Positions 62,270 to 64,000 of a stretch of 64,000 nt of DNA are shown piece after piece. A program made the translations under genes and the position numbers. This stretch comes from an uncultured virus (IMG/VR IMGVR_UViG_3300037067_016734). Lineage: Duplodnaviria > Heunggongvirae > Uroviricota > Caudoviricetes. The notes beneath the pieces are model-generated. The model did no database searches, had not been told where the DNA came from, and saw only the letters and a program-made list of their open reading frames with translations. How positions within the stretch are numbered: position 1 is the first letter of the stretch; each line of letters begins with the position of its first letter. The stretch lies in IMG/VR virus record IMGVR_UViG_3300037067_016734; one strand, written 5' to 3'.

Positions 62270-63208
62270 ATGTTAATTACCTTTTTATATGATGTTGAAC
62301 TTGACGTATATGGAGATACTATCCAAAGAGCTATTTTGATGCCTCTTTATCCTGATGCTACGTTTAAACCGCAAGTTTTTACTGTCGGACGGCCTATTTT
62401 ACTGAATTCTAAAAATATTAGTGTTAGAGTAGATAAAAAAATAAATCAACAAATCCTTGATAACATAGTTCGCGGAATATATGAAGGATATCCCGGAATA
62501 AATGAAGCATATCCTAATGAAATAATAGCTTGTGTAGAGCAAGGTTTTACTTCTTCGACTAAAAGGGTCGAGGAGATAAAAGAAGCCTATAAAACAGCGC
62601 CTTTAGTTCCCATTCGTTCTAACTATGCTTGTGAGAGTAATTATTCTTTTGGAGATGACGATCAAGTGAGACGTTATAAAAAGAATTTAACAAACCCTTG
62701 TTTGACTAAGGAGTTTGCTTATCCTTCTCAGGATTCTTCTAACTATCTTCAAGAGAGAGATAGAGTGAAGTTGATTGTGAAGGATTTTATCAAGGAATCG
62801 CTTTTCGAAGCTCTATCTTTGATTGATGATTCAAAAGCGTTCAATGCAACTACTTTAAGAGGGATGTTTATTACAAACCTAAGAAGAAAGCTTTGTACGA
62901 TTGGAATTTACTCTAGTACTAATTTACTAGATGTCGATAATTGGTTGACGGCAGGGATTTGGAATGGTAGTGCAAATAATCTAAGGGTAGGTACTTTTAT
63001 GTTTTCTCCGGACGAAATTAATGCGAAAATCGGATTGGGGACAGAGATTCCCTTCGAACAAGGGGTTCAATCAGAGATCCAATCCATTCACCATGATTTG
63101 ATAGCGATGCGCTCTATCTTTGTAGATAAGGTTGAAGAGGAGGTAGTGAAGTTCAACAACATAGCAGATCGAGTCGAAAAGTTGATTTTGGACAATCAGG
63201 ATTTATAA
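62270..63208 (+). CDS. Hypothetical protein
   Basis: 312-aa ORF with GAGG RBS. Confidence 0.65.
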   Translation: MLITFLYDVELDVYGDTIQRAILMPLYPDATFKPQVFTVGRPILLNSKNISVRVDKKINQQILDNIVRGIYEGYPGINEAYPNEIIACVEQGFTSSTKRVEEIKEAYKTAPLVPIRSNYACESNYSFGDDDQVRRYKKNLTNPCLTKEFAYPSQDSSNYLQERDRVKLIVKDFIKESLFEALSLIDDSKAFNATTLRGMFITNLRRKLCTIGIYSSTNLLDVDNWLTAGIWNGSANNLRVGTFMFSPDEINAKIGLGTEIPFEQGVQSEIQSIHHDLIAMRSIFVDKVEEEVVKFNNIADRVEKLILDNQDL

Positions 63209-63231
63209 AATTAATTAAGGAGTATTGTATT

Positions 63232-63579
63232 ATGTCAGATGACGGTAATGTAATTGGTAGACTGAGCGAAATGCTTGGTTTCAATGCGGCTTCTAAGCCC
63301 GAGAGCGGTATCGCGGGTTCCATTCTTTCCGCTCTTGATGATATCAAGAAGGAAAGGACAGAGAAGGCGAAGGAGGCTGCAAAGGCTCTGATTCTTCAGG
63401 CTCTCACTGAAGCCGAGGGTTTAGATAAGCTGAAGAAGGACTTTGACGCTGCTTTCAACAAGCGGAACAAGGCGCTTCAGAAGCTGGTTAATCGTATCCA
63501 GGCTTATTTTGCAGGCAAGGAGCCTGAGCCAGAGAAGCCGGACAACGAACCGGACAAGCCAGAGTCGGATAACTCTTAA
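63232..63579 (+). CDS. Helical hypothetical protein, probably highly expressed
   Basis: AAGGAG RBS; G-ending Lys/Glu codons unlike neighbouring genes. Confidence 0.7.
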   Translation: MSDDGNVIGRLSEMLGFNAASKPESGIAGSILSALDDIKKERTEKAKEAAKALILQALTEAEGLDKLKKDFDAAFNKRNKALQKLVNRIQAYFAGKEPEPEKPDNEPDKPESDNS

Positions 63580-63589
63580 AGGATAGTGC

Positions 63590-63618
63590 ATTGTGGGGCG
63601 GAAAATCCGCCCCACAAT
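63590..63618. other. Perfect 13-bp intergenic hairpin without U tract
   Basis: ATTGTGGGGCGGA-AAA-TCCGCCCCACAAT. Confidence 0.8.
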
Positions 63619-63639
63619 CTAAATAAGGAGAAGAATTAT

Positions 63640-64000
63640 ATGTACGATCAAGAATTCACAGAAAAAATGATTAAAAACACAGGAAGAAGTCTTACTGAGA
63701 TTTCTAAGCTAGTGAACGAGAAGCCTTCTCTTGTCGATGTTAAGTTTGACGTACATCATTTAACTCCCGTTGTTTATCACGCTAAAGAAAAAGTTGTTCA
63801 ATTGGTTGCTAAAGATAGAGTGATGTTTATGCATCCAAACGCGCTTTATCAGCTTTACGGAAAATCTCATTTTCCGGCTTCCGCTGAATTTCGTAACAAC
63901 ATTGAACTTGATACGATGCAAAGAGTTATTAATGATCTTTGGAAGAATGTTATTTGTAGGGTTCCTAAGAGAGGGGAAAAGAAGAAGCTTTTACTTAGGA
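63640..64000 (+). CDS. Hypothetical protein (3' truncated)
   Basis: AAGGAG RBS; MYDQEFTEK..., open to the window end. Confidence 0.6.
   Translation, partial: MYDQEFTEKMIKNTGRSLTEISKLVNEKPSLVDVKFDVHHLTPVVYHAKEKVVQLVAKDRVMFMHPNALYQLYGKSHFPASAEFRNNIELDTMQRVINDLWKNVICRVPKRGEKKKLLLR

Noticed and set aside
182..63615. Antisense or nested ORFs in the track (e.g. 182, 5654, 6640, 7954, 8904, 27060, 44208, 55888)
   Set aside because: They overlap well-supported genes and lack RBS or motifs, so they are treated as shadow ORFs. The DYVEL end of 6640 was therefore not counted in the DVEL set.
1..64000. CRISPR array or Cas locus (Cas4-like 42125; TnpB read as Cas12f)
   Set aside because: No repeat-spacer array was seen. 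The TnpB genes have transposon-type ends with single flanking guides, and Cas4-like nucleases are common stand-alone phage genes.

Overview
This AT-rich, gene-dense 64-kb window uses the standard genetic code and looks like part of a large (probably jumbo) tailed-phage genome. It has no ribosomal or other core cellular genes. Layout: 1-8.9 kb (+) holds a sugar-modification cluster and virion-like genes. 8.9-30.4 kb (-) holds many small ORFs, tRNA-Gln(CTG), an intein-containing split class II RNR, DnaE and a MoxR/vWA pair. 30.5-54.6 kb (+) holds an AEP primase, a SigB/F-like sigma factor, a Rad52-like protein, DnaB, a DnaC-like protein, SbcCD, dCMP deaminase, Cas4-like and HNH nucleases, NUDIX, ParB-like and RuvB. 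57-64 kb (+) holds ClpP, an HD hydrolase, RecA and IMPDH/GMP reductase. Five observations stand out. (1) The non-palindromic octamer AGATAGAG occurs at least 84 times on both strands (hand count; about 2-3 expected) and is absent from the intein and both TnpB elements. (2) Two transposase-less TnpB elements each inserted 3' of TTAAT early in a host gene; their right end carries a covarying omegaRNA-like fold and supplies an in-frame ATG that restarts the interrupted gene. (3) There is a dispersed family of 13 small MTxLNxxNL proteins. (4) Four unrelated proteins share a C-terminal DV[EN]L motif. (5) A G7 tract appears to split one ~607-aa gene. All calls come from reading motifs by eye; no database searches were run.
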